A stretch of DNA of 64,000 nt from the NCBI GenBank assembly GCA_046760305.1, contig JBHIDX010000003.1, positions 2,526 through 66,525 of the forward strand, read 5' to 3'. Under the pieces are notes generated by a model. It saw only the letters and a program-made list of their open reading frames with translations. It was not told where the DNA came from and searched no databases. This document shows positions 9,595-19,671 of this stretch, piece by piece. Position 1 is the stretch's first letter; the number at the start of each line of letters is the position of its first letter. The DNA is from Candidatus Aminicenantales bacterium (GTDB lineage: Bacteria > Acidobacteriota > Aminicenantia > Aminicenantales > Aminicenantaceae). The position numbers and the translations under genes were made by a program.

Positions 9595-10809
9595 TTAACG
9601 CAGAAAGAGCCTGAAAATATTCCACATGCCGAGCAGTGAAACAATGAGCACGATTAATACTCCCACCGTGTTCTGCCAGAGATTGTTTGCCAAATTCTTC
9701 ATTCTCCTCTTTTTGTTGAGCACCACGAGGAGAAAGGCAGAAGCAAAGGGAAGAACAAAGCCGTTGGCAACCTGGGCAAACACAATCACCGGCAATGGTT
9801 TGAGGTTGAGCACAGCCACGATAAGGCCCGTTAGTATCACTCCCAGCCACACCCCCCTGAACTTTGCTGAATTGTGTCCGCCCTCCCACCCCAGAACTCC
9901 GGAAGTGGCAAAGGCAGCAGCATAGGGGGCAGTGATGGCTGAACTCAGTCCAGCAGCAAAAAAGCCAAGACCGAAAAGAATGTTGGTCAGGGGGCCAAAA
10001 AGAGGCTTTAGCTGCTGGGCAAGCTGAGCGCCTGTTTCGACTTCAATTCCTCTGGTGAAGAAGGCTACACCCGAGGTTACTATGATCGAAGCTGAAATAA
10101 TCCCACCCAGGCTGACTGAAAGGAATAAATCTCTCTTCATGTATTTCATATCAGAGGCTGATTTCCATTTCTCTTTCACAGCAGAGGAATGGAGAAAAAG
10201 GTTGTAGGGAACGACCGTGGTTCCGACAAGAGCCAGGATGAGGTAAATGGAGTTTGGTGGAAAAGAGGGAATCACACCCTTAATGACAGAAACAAGGTTA
10301 GGCCTGACGATGATAACTGTCAGGAGGAAGGAAATACTCATCATAAAGACGAGGAAAATCAGGAACTTCTCCACCATTCTGTATTTTCTCCTGCTCAAAA
10401 TAAACACAGCTCCCAGTGAAATAAGCAGCACCCAGTACCTGCGGGGAACTGAAGTCACCATTTCCAGGCCGAGTGAGCCGCCGATGATGTTTCCGGCTTC
10501 GTAGGCAGCGCAGCCGAAGGTGATGGCAAGCAGGATGAGGGAGACGAAGAAAATTCTTGAAACCGGATGAGGAGGAAATTCCCGTAGTGCCTGAGCAAGG
10601 TCCAGTCCTGAGCCAAGGCTCAGCCTTCCAGTCATTGTCTGGAGGATGATGGTGGTGAAGGTGGCGAAAACAAGGGCAAAGATGAGGGCATAGCCGAACT
10701 TTGCTCCTGCCAGAGAACAGGTAGTAACTGTGCCCGGGCCGATGAAGGCAGCGGTAACTAGAAATCCGGGTCCGAATGAAGATTTCTTACTACCTGCCAC
10801 CGTAAGCAC
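9595..10809 (-). CDS. NRAMP-family permease (YcsG-like); start codon uncertain
   Basis: GPGFLVTAAFIGPG and LVGTTVVPYNLFLH motifs; about 11 TM helices; overlaps the hydantoinase B stop. Confidence 0.85.
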   Translation of the reverse strand: MLTVAGSKKSSFGPGFLVTAAFIGPGTVTTCSLAGAKFGYALIFALVFATFTTIILQTMTGRLSLGSGLDLAQALREFPPHPVSRIFFVSLILLAITFGCAAYEAGNIIGGSLGLEMVTSVPRRYWVLLISLGAVFILSRRKYRMVEKFLIFLVFMMSISFLLTVIIVRPNLVSVIKGVIPSFPPNSIYLILALVGTTVVPYNLFLHSSAVKEKWKSASDMKYMKRDLFLSVSLGGIISASIIVTSGVAFFTRGIEVETGAQLAQQLKPLFGPLTNILFGLGFFAAGLSSAITAPYAAAFATSGVLGWEGGHNSAKFRGVWLGVILTGLIVAVLNLKPLPVIVFAQVANGFVLPFASAFLLVVLNKKRRMKNLANNLWQNTVGVLIVLIVSLLGMWNIFRLFLR

Positions 10810-12352
10810 CGCCTCCTGGAGTTTCTATGGCGAGTACATCTCCGGGCTTTACGCTCAAGTTAACTTTGGAACCTAAAATCTTCTTTTTCCCTTCAGAAAT
10901 GAGTACGTTCTTTCCCTTCTTGCCCGCTTTCCCGCCCTGGAGACCGTAGGGAGCGAACCTTCTCCTCTCGGAGATGATGGTCACCCGGGCAGGAACCAAA
11001 AATTCATACTCCCTCACAATGCCATCGCCGCCTCTGTTTTTGCCAACTCCACCAGAGCCTTGGCGAAGCTTGTAGCGCTTTATTCTCAGAGGTAGATAGT
11101 TTTCCAGGGCTTCAAGAGGGGTATTGAGTGAATTTGTCATATGGGTATGCACCCCGCTCAAGCCCGGAAGAGAACAACTGGCACCCATCCCTCCTCCTAT
11201 TGTTTCGTAATAGACGAAGGTGGTTTTTCTTATCGAATCATAACCGCCAAAAGCAACGTTATTCATCGTCCCCGAGCTTGCTGCCGGTATTTTATCTGGG
11301 ATCGCCTTTGAAAGTGCGCCCAGAAGAACATCCACAATTCTTTGACTTGTTTCCACGTTTCCTCCAGCACATGCTGCAGGAAAGGCGGCGTTAACGATTG
11401 AACCCAGGGGAGCTTTTATCTTGAGAGGCTTCATCAGGCCGGTATTGAAAGGAATATCTTCATCTATCAAGGAACGGAAAACATACACAACCGCCGAGCA
11501 AGTAACGGCAATGGGGGCATTCATGTTTCCCCCTACCTGAGAGGAGGAAGTGCTGAAATCGATGACTGCTTTATCACCTTTAACCTTAAGCTTCACTCCT
11601 ATTTTAACCGGCATTTCGCTCAGGCCGTCGTCATCCAGAAAGTCAGTAAATGTGTACTCTCCATCAGGAATTTCGCTGATTGTCTCTCTCATTACTTTCT
11701 CTGTGTAGTGCTGAATATGCTTTGTGTACTCTAATATCTTATCCAGACCATACTTTCTCACTGTTTCTTCAAGGCGCTTCTTTCCTTTCTCGTTGGCTGC
11801 TATCTGGGCCAGCAGATCTCCTTTTCTCTCCTCAGGAGTCCTGACATTGACCAGGATAAAATTAAGTACCTCCTCTCTTAGTTTGCCCCGGGTCATAAGC
11901 TTTAGCGGAGGAATAATCACACCTTCCTGATAAATTTCTGACGCCAGGGGCATGGACCCAGGAGTCATCCCGCCCACATCAGCATGGTGTGCCCTGTTGG
12001 CGACAAAAAAGACAGGCTTTCCTGCCATAAACACAGGAGAGATGCAGGTAATATCAGGAAGATGAGTGCCTCCCCTGTAAGGGTCATTGTGCACAACTAA
12101 GTCTCCTTCCTCAAACTCGCAGCCAGCAATCGCAGCCTGGACAGAGAGAGGCATTGCTCCCAGATGTACGGGGATGTGAGAACCCTGGGCAAATGTTTCT
12201 CCTTTTGTGGTGAAAAGAGCACAGGAGAAGTCCTTCCTTTCTTTTATGTTCGGAGAAAGTGCAGTACGACCCAGCACTGCACCCATCTCTTCAGAAATGG
12301 AAACAAATATATTCTTGAAAAGCTCAAGCTCGATGGGGTCAAAAGATATCAT
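10790..12352 (-). CDS. Hydantoinase B / 5-oxoprolinase subunit B
   Basis: SPNIKERKDFSCALF, HIPVHLGAM, NDPYRGGTHLPD, HHADVGG and ETPGGG motifs. Confidence 0.95.
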   Translation of the reverse strand: MISFDPIELELFKNIFVSISEEMGAVLGRTALSPNIKERKDFSCALFTTKGETFAQGSHIPVHLGAMPLSVQAAIAGCEFEEGDLVVHNDPYRGGTHLPDITCISPVFMAGKPVFFVANRAHHADVGGMTPGSMPLASEIYQEGVIIPPLKLMTRGKLREEVLNFILVNVRTPEERKGDLLAQIAANEKGKKRLEETVRKYGLDKILEYTKHIQHYTEKVMRETISEIPDGEYTFTDFLDDDGLSEMPVKIGVKLKVKGDKAVIDFSTSSSQVGGNMNAPIAVTCSAVVYVFRSLIDEDIPFNTGLMKPLKIKAPLGSIVNAAFPAACAGGNVETSQRIVDVLLGALSKAIPDKIPAASSGTMNNVAFGGYDSIRKTTFVYYETIGGGMGASCSLPGLSGVHTHMTNSLNTPLEALENYLPLRIKRYKLRQGSGGVGKNRGGDGIVREYEFLVPARVTIISERRRFAPYGLQGGKAGKKGKNVLISEGKKKILGSKVNLSVKPGDVLAIETPGGGAYGGR

Positions 12353-14367
12353 CGTTTCGCTCTCTTGATAATCAGGTTTAAAAAACCGTCGACTTTGAGT
12401 CGGAAGCCCGGCGGAAGAAAAGTGGTAGACTCAAAATCGACGATGAGAGCTGGAGGCTGGACCCTGTTTCCTGGCTCAAGAAAAGCTCGATCATAAACAC
12501 ATGCCCGGAGTTTTTCTCCTCTGTAATAAACATCGTGTCGCTTGATGAGGGCTTTTTCAGGATTGCTCGATGATTCAGGCTTTTTTCTCAAGCGTATTTT
12601 TTTTGTCCTCCCGATTGCTTTCACTCTTATGTTTACCACTTCGACCTCTCTCTGAGGATGAAAGTAGCTGTAAAGACGTTCATGGGCACGGTGGAAATGG
12701 CGGATAAAAGCAAAAGGAGCTGAGCTGTTTTTAGCTTTCCTGTAAGGCACAGTAATCTCATAGGACTGGCCCTGGTACCTGAGGTCCAGAAAGCGGAGGA
12801 TAGAAATTTTTTCTTCCTCAAAACCATCCTTTTTCATGTCTAAAAGACTTCTGTTTTCAAGGCTGGAAAAGTGCATTTCAAGCTCTGCTTGGCTGAGTTC
12901 TCCGGCTGTTTTAAGGATTGACCTCGAATAATCTTTAATCGAATCAGAAAGAAGAAGACCGAGTGCTGAGAGCACGCCTGCATTTTTGGGAACGATGATT
13001 GTCTCCAAGCCGAGATTTCTGGAAATCGCAGCAGCATGCATGCCGCCAGCTCCACCGAAGGAAAAAAGAGTAAAGCTCCGGGGATCAATACCTCTTTCGA
13101 TAGAGATGACGCGGATTGCTTTTTCCATGCTTGAGTTGGCGATGTCAATCATCCCCTGGGCAGTTTCAAGGAGGGATTTGCCGATTTTTCTGGCTACTTT
13201 TTCAACTGCAGCAAAGCTTCTTTGCGGGAAGAGCTTCATTTTTCCCCCCAGAAAATAGTCCGGGTCAAGGCGTCCAAGAACAAGGTTGGCGTCAGTTACA
13301 GTGGGAAGGTTTCCTTTACCGTAGCAGGCAGGACCAGGGTCTGCTCCGGCACTCTGCGGCCCTACTCGAAGCGAACCGCCCCGGTCTACATATGCTAGCG
13401 AACCTCCTCCAGCTCCCACAGAATGAATATCTATTACTGGCAGGCGGAGAGGAAAATCACCTATGACGCTCTCGGTTGTCCTCTTTATCTGTCCCTCTAG
13501 GAGAGAAACATCGGTCGATGTTCCCCCCATATCAAAACTGATGATTTTCCTGAAGCCGCTTAACTTAGCCACCCTGAAGGCTCCAACCACACCGCCAGCA
13601 GGGCCTGAAAGAGCTGTTCTCAGAGGTTCTTTTTTTGCACACGAAGTCGATATATATCCTTCGTTTGACTGCATAATCCTCAACTCTGCACCTCGCATCC
13701 TTTTTTCCAGGTGGCTGAGATAGCTGTTGACAACAGGCATAAGATAGGCATTGGCAGCAGTGGTTGCCGTCCTCTCATATTCCCTGTATTCAGGAAGAAT
13801 GTTGGTCGAGATAGAAGCCAGTATGTTTCTCTTTTGCAATTCTTTCTCGATTATTCTTTCGTGTGTCGAATTTGCATAGGAATTAATAAGAGAAACAGCA
13901 ACTGCTTTCACTTTTACTGAGACTATTTTTTCAAGTATTTTATCCAGTTCCTGGATAGAAATTTCTTTCAACACAGTCCCGTCAGCAGCAGTCCTCTCAT
14001 CAAGCCCGAAGCAGAGATTAGAAGGGATAAGAGGCTCTCTTTTTTCTCCTTTTAGGTTGTAGAGCCTGCTCCTTGTCTGGCGGCCTATGAGGAGTATATC
14101 TTCAAAACCTCGAGTGGTGAGGAGAGCAGTCTTTGCTCCCTTTCTCTCGAGAAGAGCGTTAGTAGCAACAGTTGAGCCGTGAACTATCATTGTCAGGCCT
14201 GGCTTTCCCAGGAATTCACCAATCCCCTTAAGAATAGCCAGAGATGGATTTTCAGGCATAGAGGGTATTTTTTTGATCGATATCCGCCCATTTTTATAAA
14301 TAACAAAATCAGTAAAAGTTCCCCCTGTGTCAACTCCTATCCTAATCTCTTCTCCAGGTTCTTTCAT
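12349..14367 (-). CDS. Hydantoinase A / 5-oxoprolinase subunit A (ATP-binding)
   Basis: GVDTGGTFTD, SGPAGGV, FDMGGTSTD and GPQSAGADPGPACY motifs. Confidence 0.95.
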   Translation of the reverse strand: MKEPGEEIRIGVDTGGTFTDFVIYKNGRISIKKIPSMPENPSLAILKGIGEFLGKPGLTMIVHGSTVATNALLERKGAKTALLTTRGFEDILLIGRQTRSRLYNLKGEKREPLIPSNLCFGLDERTAADGTVLKEISIQELDKILEKIVSVKVKAVAVSLINSYANSTHERIIEKELQKRNILASISTNILPEYREYERTATTAANAYLMPVVNSYLSHLEKRMRGAELRIMQSNEGYISTSCAKKEPLRTALSGPAGGVVGAFRVAKLSGFRKIISFDMGGTSTDVSLLEGQIKRTTESVIGDFPLRLPVIDIHSVGAGGGSLAYVDRGGSLRVGPQSAGADPGPACYGKGNLPTVTDANLVLGRLDPDYFLGGKMKLFPQRSFAAVEKVARKIGKSLLETAQGMIDIANSSMEKAIRVISIERGIDPRSFTLFSFGGAGGMHAAAISRNLGLETIIVPKNAGVLSALGLLLSDSIKDYSRSILKTAGELSQAELEMHFSSLENRSLLDMKKDGFEEEKISILRFLDLRYQGQSYEITVPYRKAKNSSAPFAFIRHFHRAHERLYSYFHPQREVEVVNIRVKAIGRTKKIRLRKKPESSSNPEKALIKRHDVYYRGEKLRACVYDRAFLEPGNRVQPPALIVDFESTTFLPPGFRLKVDGFLNLIIKRAKR

Positions 14368-14523
14368 TAACGGTAATTTTTCTTTATGGGAAGGGCAAAG
14401 TCAAGAGAATTGGACATTTCAATTTCTTTAAAGTATTACTAATTTCAATATAGTAACACTATTATTTAATGCTTACCCTCCGCTATTCTGGATTTCAACC
14501 AGGGTATGGTGTAATATATTGGT

Positions 14524-14739
14524 ATGCCGATATATGAATTTAGCTGTAAAAAGTGCAGCTTCAAATTTGAAAGCCTTGTTTCCATGGGCAAAGAGAATGA
14601 GGTGTGCTGCCCTCGATGCGGTGGGAAAGAGATTCAAAAACTTTTTTCCTCCTTCGGTATAGGAGGTGGAAGCAAGAGAACAGTTTCATCTTCTTCATGC
14701 TCTTCATGCAGCGCAACCTCATGCAACACATGTAAGTAA
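14524..14739 (+). CDS. FmdB-family zinc-ribbon protein
   Basis: MPIYEFSCKKC...CPRCG and a Cys-rich tail (CSSC...CNTC). Confidence 0.9.
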   Translation: MPIYEFSCKKCSFKFESLVSMGKENEVCCPRCGGKEIQKLFSSFGIGGGSKRTVSSSSCSSCSATSCNTCK

Positions 14740-15005
14740 TCTTAAAGAGAGCCCTTTAAAGTAAAAATTCCATTTTCACCCTGATTACTCCTTAAAGGTG
14801 AGGAGGCTCAAAAAAATGCTCCCCTTAACATTCATCCTCAGAGGCGATTGATTTAACTCCTTTAATCTGCGATAAATGTAAACAACAAAGAGAGGAGTAA
14901 AGAGAGCTAAAAATGCTCGAATAAGCGACTAAGATAGAACATTCTCACTATGATTGGATTAGTTTATTTTCATGCTCAACATATGAAAAAGGACCAGGGG
15001 GGAAG

Positions 15006-16751
15006 ATGAGAAAATCAGGGATAGGAATCGTCGGAAATGTCTCTTGGGGAAGTCACATCTGCCTTTTTTATGAATCAGAATTTGACCTGCTAGATATACT
15101 CATTCCTTACTTTAAATCCGGTCTTGAAAGCAACGAATACTGTCTCTGGATTACCAACGAACCTCTTACAGTGGAAAAGGCGAGAGATGCTATAAAAGCA
15201 AGGATTAATAAATTTGATGAATACGAAAGAAAAGGTCAGGTTGAAATAGTCGAGGCAGAAAGCTGGTATAAATCATCTGGTATTTTCGAGGCTGATGTTG
15301 TCCTCGAAGCCTGGGCAAGGAAAGAATATCATGCTCTAAAAGCAGGATTTGATGGTCTTCGCTGCGCTGGAGACACTTCCTGGCTTAAAAGAAAGGACTG
15401 GAAACGCTTTTTAGAATATGAGGCCAGAGCTCACACCACAAACGGACGATACCGGATGCTGACCATCTGTTCATATCCTCTAACAAGATGCCGGGTTGAA
15501 AGGGTCTTTGACCTGGTTAACTACCACAAGCTTGCTCTGCTCAAAAGGAAGAACAAGTGGATCCTGATTGAAGGCTCGGAAAACAAGAAGGCAGAAACTC
15601 TGCTGCGGGAATCTGAACAGAGATGGCGCTTCATAGTCCAGAACACACCCGATATATTCCTTACTGTTTCTTCGAGCGGCAAAATTCTGTCCACAAACAG
15701 GGCGGTGCTCAACATCGTTAAGAGGGAAATAACAGGGAAAAAAATCTATGATTTTATCGCACCAGAGTATAATTCAGTCCTTAAAAAAGCACTCGATAAT
15801 GTTTTTAAAAAAGGAGAATCAAAGAATTGCATTCTCTTCGGAACCGGTTCCCGGGGGCCTCGCACAGCCTGGTATGAAACGATGATAGTACCCATCAAGC
15901 ACAAAGGGAATGTCATGGCTTCCACTCTTATCCTCAGGGACATCACAAGACAAAAAAGAGCTGAAGATGCTTTCTCCGAGGCAAACGAGAGGCTGAAGAC
16001 GATTATCGAGAACATCAATGACATAATATTCCAGCTCACTCCTCAAGGGATGATTACCTATGTCAGCCCCAGGACCAAAGAACTTTCAGGTTTTAATCCC
16101 CAGGAATTGATAGGAAAGCACTTGAAATGTATAACTCCTGAGGAAGAGGTTCCTAAAGCCTTAAAAGCTCTTAAGGAAGTTGCCTCGGGAAATTCATTGA
16201 GGAATTTTGAAATCACCCTCTTTGATGCCAGAAAAAAGCCTGTGCCCGTGGAAATAAACATTTCCCCTGTGCGTGTTAATGGAAAAATAACCGCAGTCCA
16301 GGGAGTTATAAGAAATATAAAAGAGAGGAGAGAAGCAGAAAAGAAACTCCAGATTGAGAGAGCTTACCTAAACAAGCTCTTCGAAGAATGCATGATGGCC
16401 ATAGTCATGGCAGATAAAAAAGGAAAAATTATAAAGACGAACAATGAATTCAACAGAATGTTCGGCTATAAACCTGAGGAGGTCCATGGTCAACCCCTGG
16501 ATAAGCTTGTTGTTCCCCGTAATTCCTACCGCAGAGCTCTTTCAATAACAAAGAGGGTGGCCAGAGGAGAGAGGCTTTCATTCAGGGCGGTAAGATGCAG
16601 GAAAGATGGTTCCAGAATAAATGTCAGAGTTCTTGCCTCGCCCATCATTGTGGGGGGCAAACTAAAGGCCATATACGGTATCTATCAGCTAGAAAACAAT
16701 ATCAGCCAGCCTCAGCTTCATCAACCGCGAAGAGAATGCGTGTCAGGTTAG
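15006..16751 (+). CDS. MEDS domain plus three PAS domains; sensor with no output domain
   Basis: RKSGI...WGSHICLFYE and GFDGLRCAGD (MEDS); three PAS/PAC repeats ending RDIT, RNIK and IY; no HisKA, HATPase or GGDEF before the stop. Confidence 0.85.
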   Translation: MRKSGIGIVGNVSWGSHICLFYESEFDLLDILIPYFKSGLESNEYCLWITNEPLTVEKARDAIKARINKFDEYERKGQVEIVEAESWYKSSGIFEADVVLEAWARKEYHALKAGFDGLRCAGDTSWLKRKDWKRFLEYEARAHTTNGRYRMLTICSYPLTRCRVERVFDLVNYHKLALLKRKNKWILIEGSENKKAETLLRESEQRWRFIVQNTPDIFLTVSSSGKILSTNRAVLNIVKREITGKKIYDFIAPEYNSVLKKALDNVFKKGESKNCILFGTGSRGPRTAWYETMIVPIKHKGNVMASTLILRDITRQKRAEDAFSEANERLKTIIENINDIIFQLTPQGMITYVSPRTKELSGFNPQELIGKHLKCITPEEEVPKALKALKEVASGNSLRNFEITLFDARKKPVPVEINISPVRVNGKITAVQGVIRNIKERREAEKKLQIERAYLNKLFEECMMAIVMADKKGKIIKTNNEFNRMFGYKPEEVHGQPLDKLVVPRNSYRRALSITKRVARGERLSFRAVRCRKDGSRINVRVLASPIIVGGKLKAIYGIYQLENNISQPQLHQPRRECVSG

Positions 16752-16796
16752 GGGAAATCCTCTAAACTACAGACTCAGGGAGAAATTCATAAAACA

Positions 16797-18173
16797 ATGA
16801 AAAAAAAGCCTCACATACTGGCTGTGAGTGAAGAGCCTTCTTTTTACAGCGAGTTAGCCTCAACTCTGGGTAAGGAAGATTGTACTTTCTCTTTCTGTAA
16901 AAAAGGAGAGGTTTGCTCCTCCCTTAATGAGAATCGCCCCCAGCTAATTATCCTTGATGCTGATGGAGATGAAGCCACTATCCGCGCTCTGTTGAAGACA
17001 ATCAAGAGCTATGACCCGTTGATTGATGTCATCATTTCCAGCGAGTCAATTTCATCTGAGAAGGTGATGGATTTAATCAGCCTCGGAGCTTCAGACTTTC
17101 TCCTCAAGCCTCTTAACTCCAGGACTATCCAGCTTCTTATCAGAAAATTCAATGATAAAAATAGCCTAAGACGCGAGACTTATCTTTTAGAGAAGAAGCT
17201 CGAGGAAAAATACATCTTTCAGGGGATGGTGGGAAAAAGTCCTTTCATGCTCGAGGTTTTTTCTCTGGTTGAAAGCTGTGCCAGATATTTCTCAACCATT
17301 CTCATCACGGGGGCAACAGGCACGGGGAAGGAAATGGTTGCTCGGGCCCTGCACAAACTTTCTCCTGTTAAAAACAGGAAGTACGTAGTCTGTGATTGTG
17401 CTTCTATGCCTGAAAACCTCTTTGAATCCGAACTTTTTGGTTATGTAAAGGGAGCTTTCACCGGTGCTGATAAAGACAAGAAAGGCCTTTTTGAAGAAGC
17501 ACATCAAGGAATCATTCTCCTGGACGAAATAGGAGAAATACCTGTCTCCTTCCAGTCTAAACTTCTGAGAGTACTGGAGTCTCATCAGGTAAGGCCTCTT
17601 GGCTCCAACACCACCAGAAAAGTTGAAGTGAGGGTGATTGCAGCTACAAACAGGGATTTAAGGCTGGAGATAAAAAAAGGAAAATTCAGAGAAGACCTTT
17701 TTCACCGGCTCAATAAAGTAGAAATATATCTTCCACTTCTAAAAAACAGGAAAGAAGACATTCCTCTCCTCGTTCGGTACTTTCTCCGTGAATACAACAA
17801 GAAATTCGGCAAGAATGTAAAAGGTGTCTCGCGAGAGGCTCAGAAGCTTTTTCTTACCTATGATTGGCCGGGCAACGTTAGGGAGCTGGAAAATGTTATT
17901 GAGAGTGCTACCATGCTCACCACAAAGGATTTTCTTGACCTTCCTGATCTGCCAAAATATCTGCGTCAACTTGCCCCCTCATCAGACACCAAGTACTTTT
18001 TATTCGAGAAAAAAAATTATCATTCCTTAAAAGAAATCGAGGATGAATACATAAGTTTTCTGCTCAAAAGAAACGATAACAACATCAGCAAAACAGCAAG
18101 AATATTAAACATATCAAGGACAACACTCTATAAAAAAATCAATAAATTTAAAATATGCCTTCCTCCCTCCTAA
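16797..18173 (+). CDS. Sigma54-dependent bacterial enhancer-binding protein (REC-AAA+-Fis HTH)
   Basis: GATGTGKE, ESELFG, GAFTGA, LLDEIGE and WPGNVRELEN motifs; NISKTARILNISRTTLY HTH. Confidence 0.95.
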   Translation: MKKKPHILAVSEEPSFYSELASTLGKEDCTFSFCKKGEVCSSLNENRPQLIILDADGDEATIRALLKTIKSYDPLIDVIISSESISSEKVMDLISLGASDFLLKPLNSRTIQLLIRKFNDKNSLRRETYLLEKKLEEKYIFQGMVGKSPFMLEVFSLVESCARYFSTILITGATGTGKEMVARALHKLSPVKNRKYVVCDCASMPENLFESELFGYVKGAFTGADKDKKGLFEEAHQGIILLDEIGEIPVSFQSKLLRVLESHQVRPLGSNTTRKVEVRVIAATNRDLRLEIKKGKFREDLFHRLNKVEIYLPLLKNRKEDIPLLVRYFLREYNKKFGKNVKGVSREAQKLFLTYDWPGNVRELENVIESATMLTTKDFLDLPDLPKYLRQLAPSSDTKYFLFEKKNYHSLKEIEDEYISFLLKRNDNNISKTARILNISRTTLYKKINKFKICLPPS

Positions 18174-18200
18174 CCCCCTTCAAATAACCCTCCTTAAAAG

Positions 18201-18242
18201 GCGGACTGGCTGCCTTTAACCAGGGGCCAGTCCGTTTTTTTT
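18201..18242 (+). terminator. Rho-independent terminator
   Basis: CGGACTGGC...GCCAGTCCG stem followed by T8. Confidence 0.85.
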
Positions 18243-18258
18243 GCTTCCTCTTTTTTTA

Positions 18259-18372
18259 AGTTAAAAACCTGAACATGTTCATTTACTGAACATTCTCTAA
18301 ATTATGTTTTTAATTCATATATTATCAATAATTTACAGAGCTAACAGCATATTTCTGTTCACTTTCTGAACA
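18259..18372. promoter_or_regulatory. Putative bEBP enhancer sites TGTTCA-N5-TGAACA
   Basis: Perfect palindromes at 18276-18292 and 18356-18372; a degenerate abutting site at 18259-18275. Confidence 0.7.
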
Positions 18373-18451
18373 ATTTTCTCTCCTTTCCTGATGCGCCTCA
18401 AAATTCTTCTAACACATTTATTATCAGCAAATTATGAAATTTTCCAGCTTT

Positions 18452-18466
18452 TGGCATCAATCTTGC
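18452..18466 (+). promoter_or_regulatory. Sigma54 -24/-12 promoter
   Basis: TGGCATCAATCTTGC (GG-N10-GC); IHF-consensus matches at 18323-18335 and 18422-18434. Confidence 0.8.
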
Positions 18467-18505
18467 GCTTAATGAGAGTGCGATGGAAAAAGAGAGGAGA
18501 TTAAA

Positions 18506-19141
18506 TTGAAAAAAAACAAGCTCTTGGGGAGCATAATCTTTTTTACGCTCATAACAGGCCTTGTGTTTACCTGTGCCTGGGCAACAGAAGAGGATTCATC
18601 AGTGGTGGTGAAAACTACGGAGAATGAAAATCAGAAACCGCCTTCACTCTTTACTTCTCAGGAATCAAAAGCGAAAAATTCCATAGAGAAGGAAAAAATT
18701 CTGTTTCAAATTCAACATATAAACGCAGAGCAAAAGATTGAAAAAGCGCTTGAGCCGCAAAAGCCGCACATCGTGTATGAACCAAACAGGATTTTAAAGA
18801 ACCACCTCAGGGCACAGTCGCTGAACAAAGGACTCTATACAGGATCACTGGTCATGCTTTTGGGTTTAAACATTGCTGATTACCTGACTACAAGAGAGGC
18901 ATTGAAATACAGCGGTTTAAAAGAAGGCAATCCTCTTCTGGCGGGTATGGCCAAAAATCCCGCCATATTTGCTGTGGCAAAAATTGGTATAGGTGTAACA
19001 AGTTTCTACGTAATGAAAAAAATGTACAAAAAAAACAAGGAACTGGCGTGGATAGTAAGTCTTGCTGCTAATTTTGCTCTATCTTACGTTGTTTATAATA
19101 ATTTGCGTCTTATAAACCAGAACAGAGCAGAAATAAACTAA
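18506..19141 (+). CDS. Exported/membrane protein with a C-terminal DUF5658-like 3-TM domain
   Basis: Signal peptide; LNIADYLTT...EGNPLL...AKIG...VVYNNL pattern; TTG start with GAGGAG RBS. Confidence 0.7.
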   Translation: MKKNKLLGSIIFFTLITGLVFTCAWATEEDSSVVVKTTENENQKPPSLFTSQESKAKNSIEKEKILFQIQHINAEQKIEKALEPQKPHIVYEPNRILKNHLRAQSLNKGLYTGSLVMLLGLNIADYLTTREALKYSGLKEGNPLLAGMAKNPAIFAVAKIGIGVTSFYVMKKMYKKNKELAWIVSLAANFALSYVVYNNLRLINQNRAEIN

Positions 19142-19164
19142 TCTAATCAAATCTCCCTGGTCCG

Positions 19165-19199
19165 GCTAGTCCTGTCTTTACTCCCCAGGCAGGACTAGC
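19165..19199. terminator. Hairpin between convergent genes, probable terminator
   Basis: GCTAGTCCTG...CAGGACTAGC inverted repeat followed by ATTTT. Confidence 0.65.
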
Positions 19200-19203
19200 A
19201 TTT

Positions 19204-19671
19204 TCATTTTACGGCAATGACTTCGACCTCTATTTTTACATCTTTTGGAAGCCGGGCCACCTGAACAGCTGCTCGGGCAGGATAAGGAGAGGTGAAAAAT
19301 TCGCCGTAGACAGCATTCATTTTCGCATAATCGTTGAGGTCCTGAAGAAAGACAGTTGCTTTTACCACCTTATCCAGCGAAGTGTGAGCAGCTTTGAGTA
19401 CTTCTCTGATGTTTTCGAGGATAATTCTCGTCTGTTCTTCGATATCTCCCTGACTTAACTCTCCTGTAGAAGGATCGATGGCAATCTGACCGGAACAGAA
19501 GACAAATCCGTTGGCCTCAATTGCCTGGGAATAGGGACCGATAGCCTTAGGGGCTCTCTGAGTTTTGATTTCCTTTCTCATTTTTTCACCTCTTTGAGAC
19601 TTTTTCGGGGCTAAGTCACAACTGAAGAGCGCAAGACAGCCCAGGGCCACAATTGCTTCTCTTCTTCTCAT
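19204..19671 (-). CDS. ridA: RidA/YjgF/UK114 family enamine deaminase; alternative start at 19581
   Basis: [32 protein letters not shown] and IEVEVIA motifs. Confidence 0.9.
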   Translation of the reverse strand: MRRREAIVALGCLALFSCDLAPKKSQRGEKMRKEIKTQRAPKAIGPYSQAIEANGFVFCSGQIAIDPSTGELSQGDIEEQTRIILENIREVLKAAHTSLDKVVKATVFLQDLNDYAKMNAVYGEFFTSPYPARAAVQVARLPKDVKIEVEVIAVK

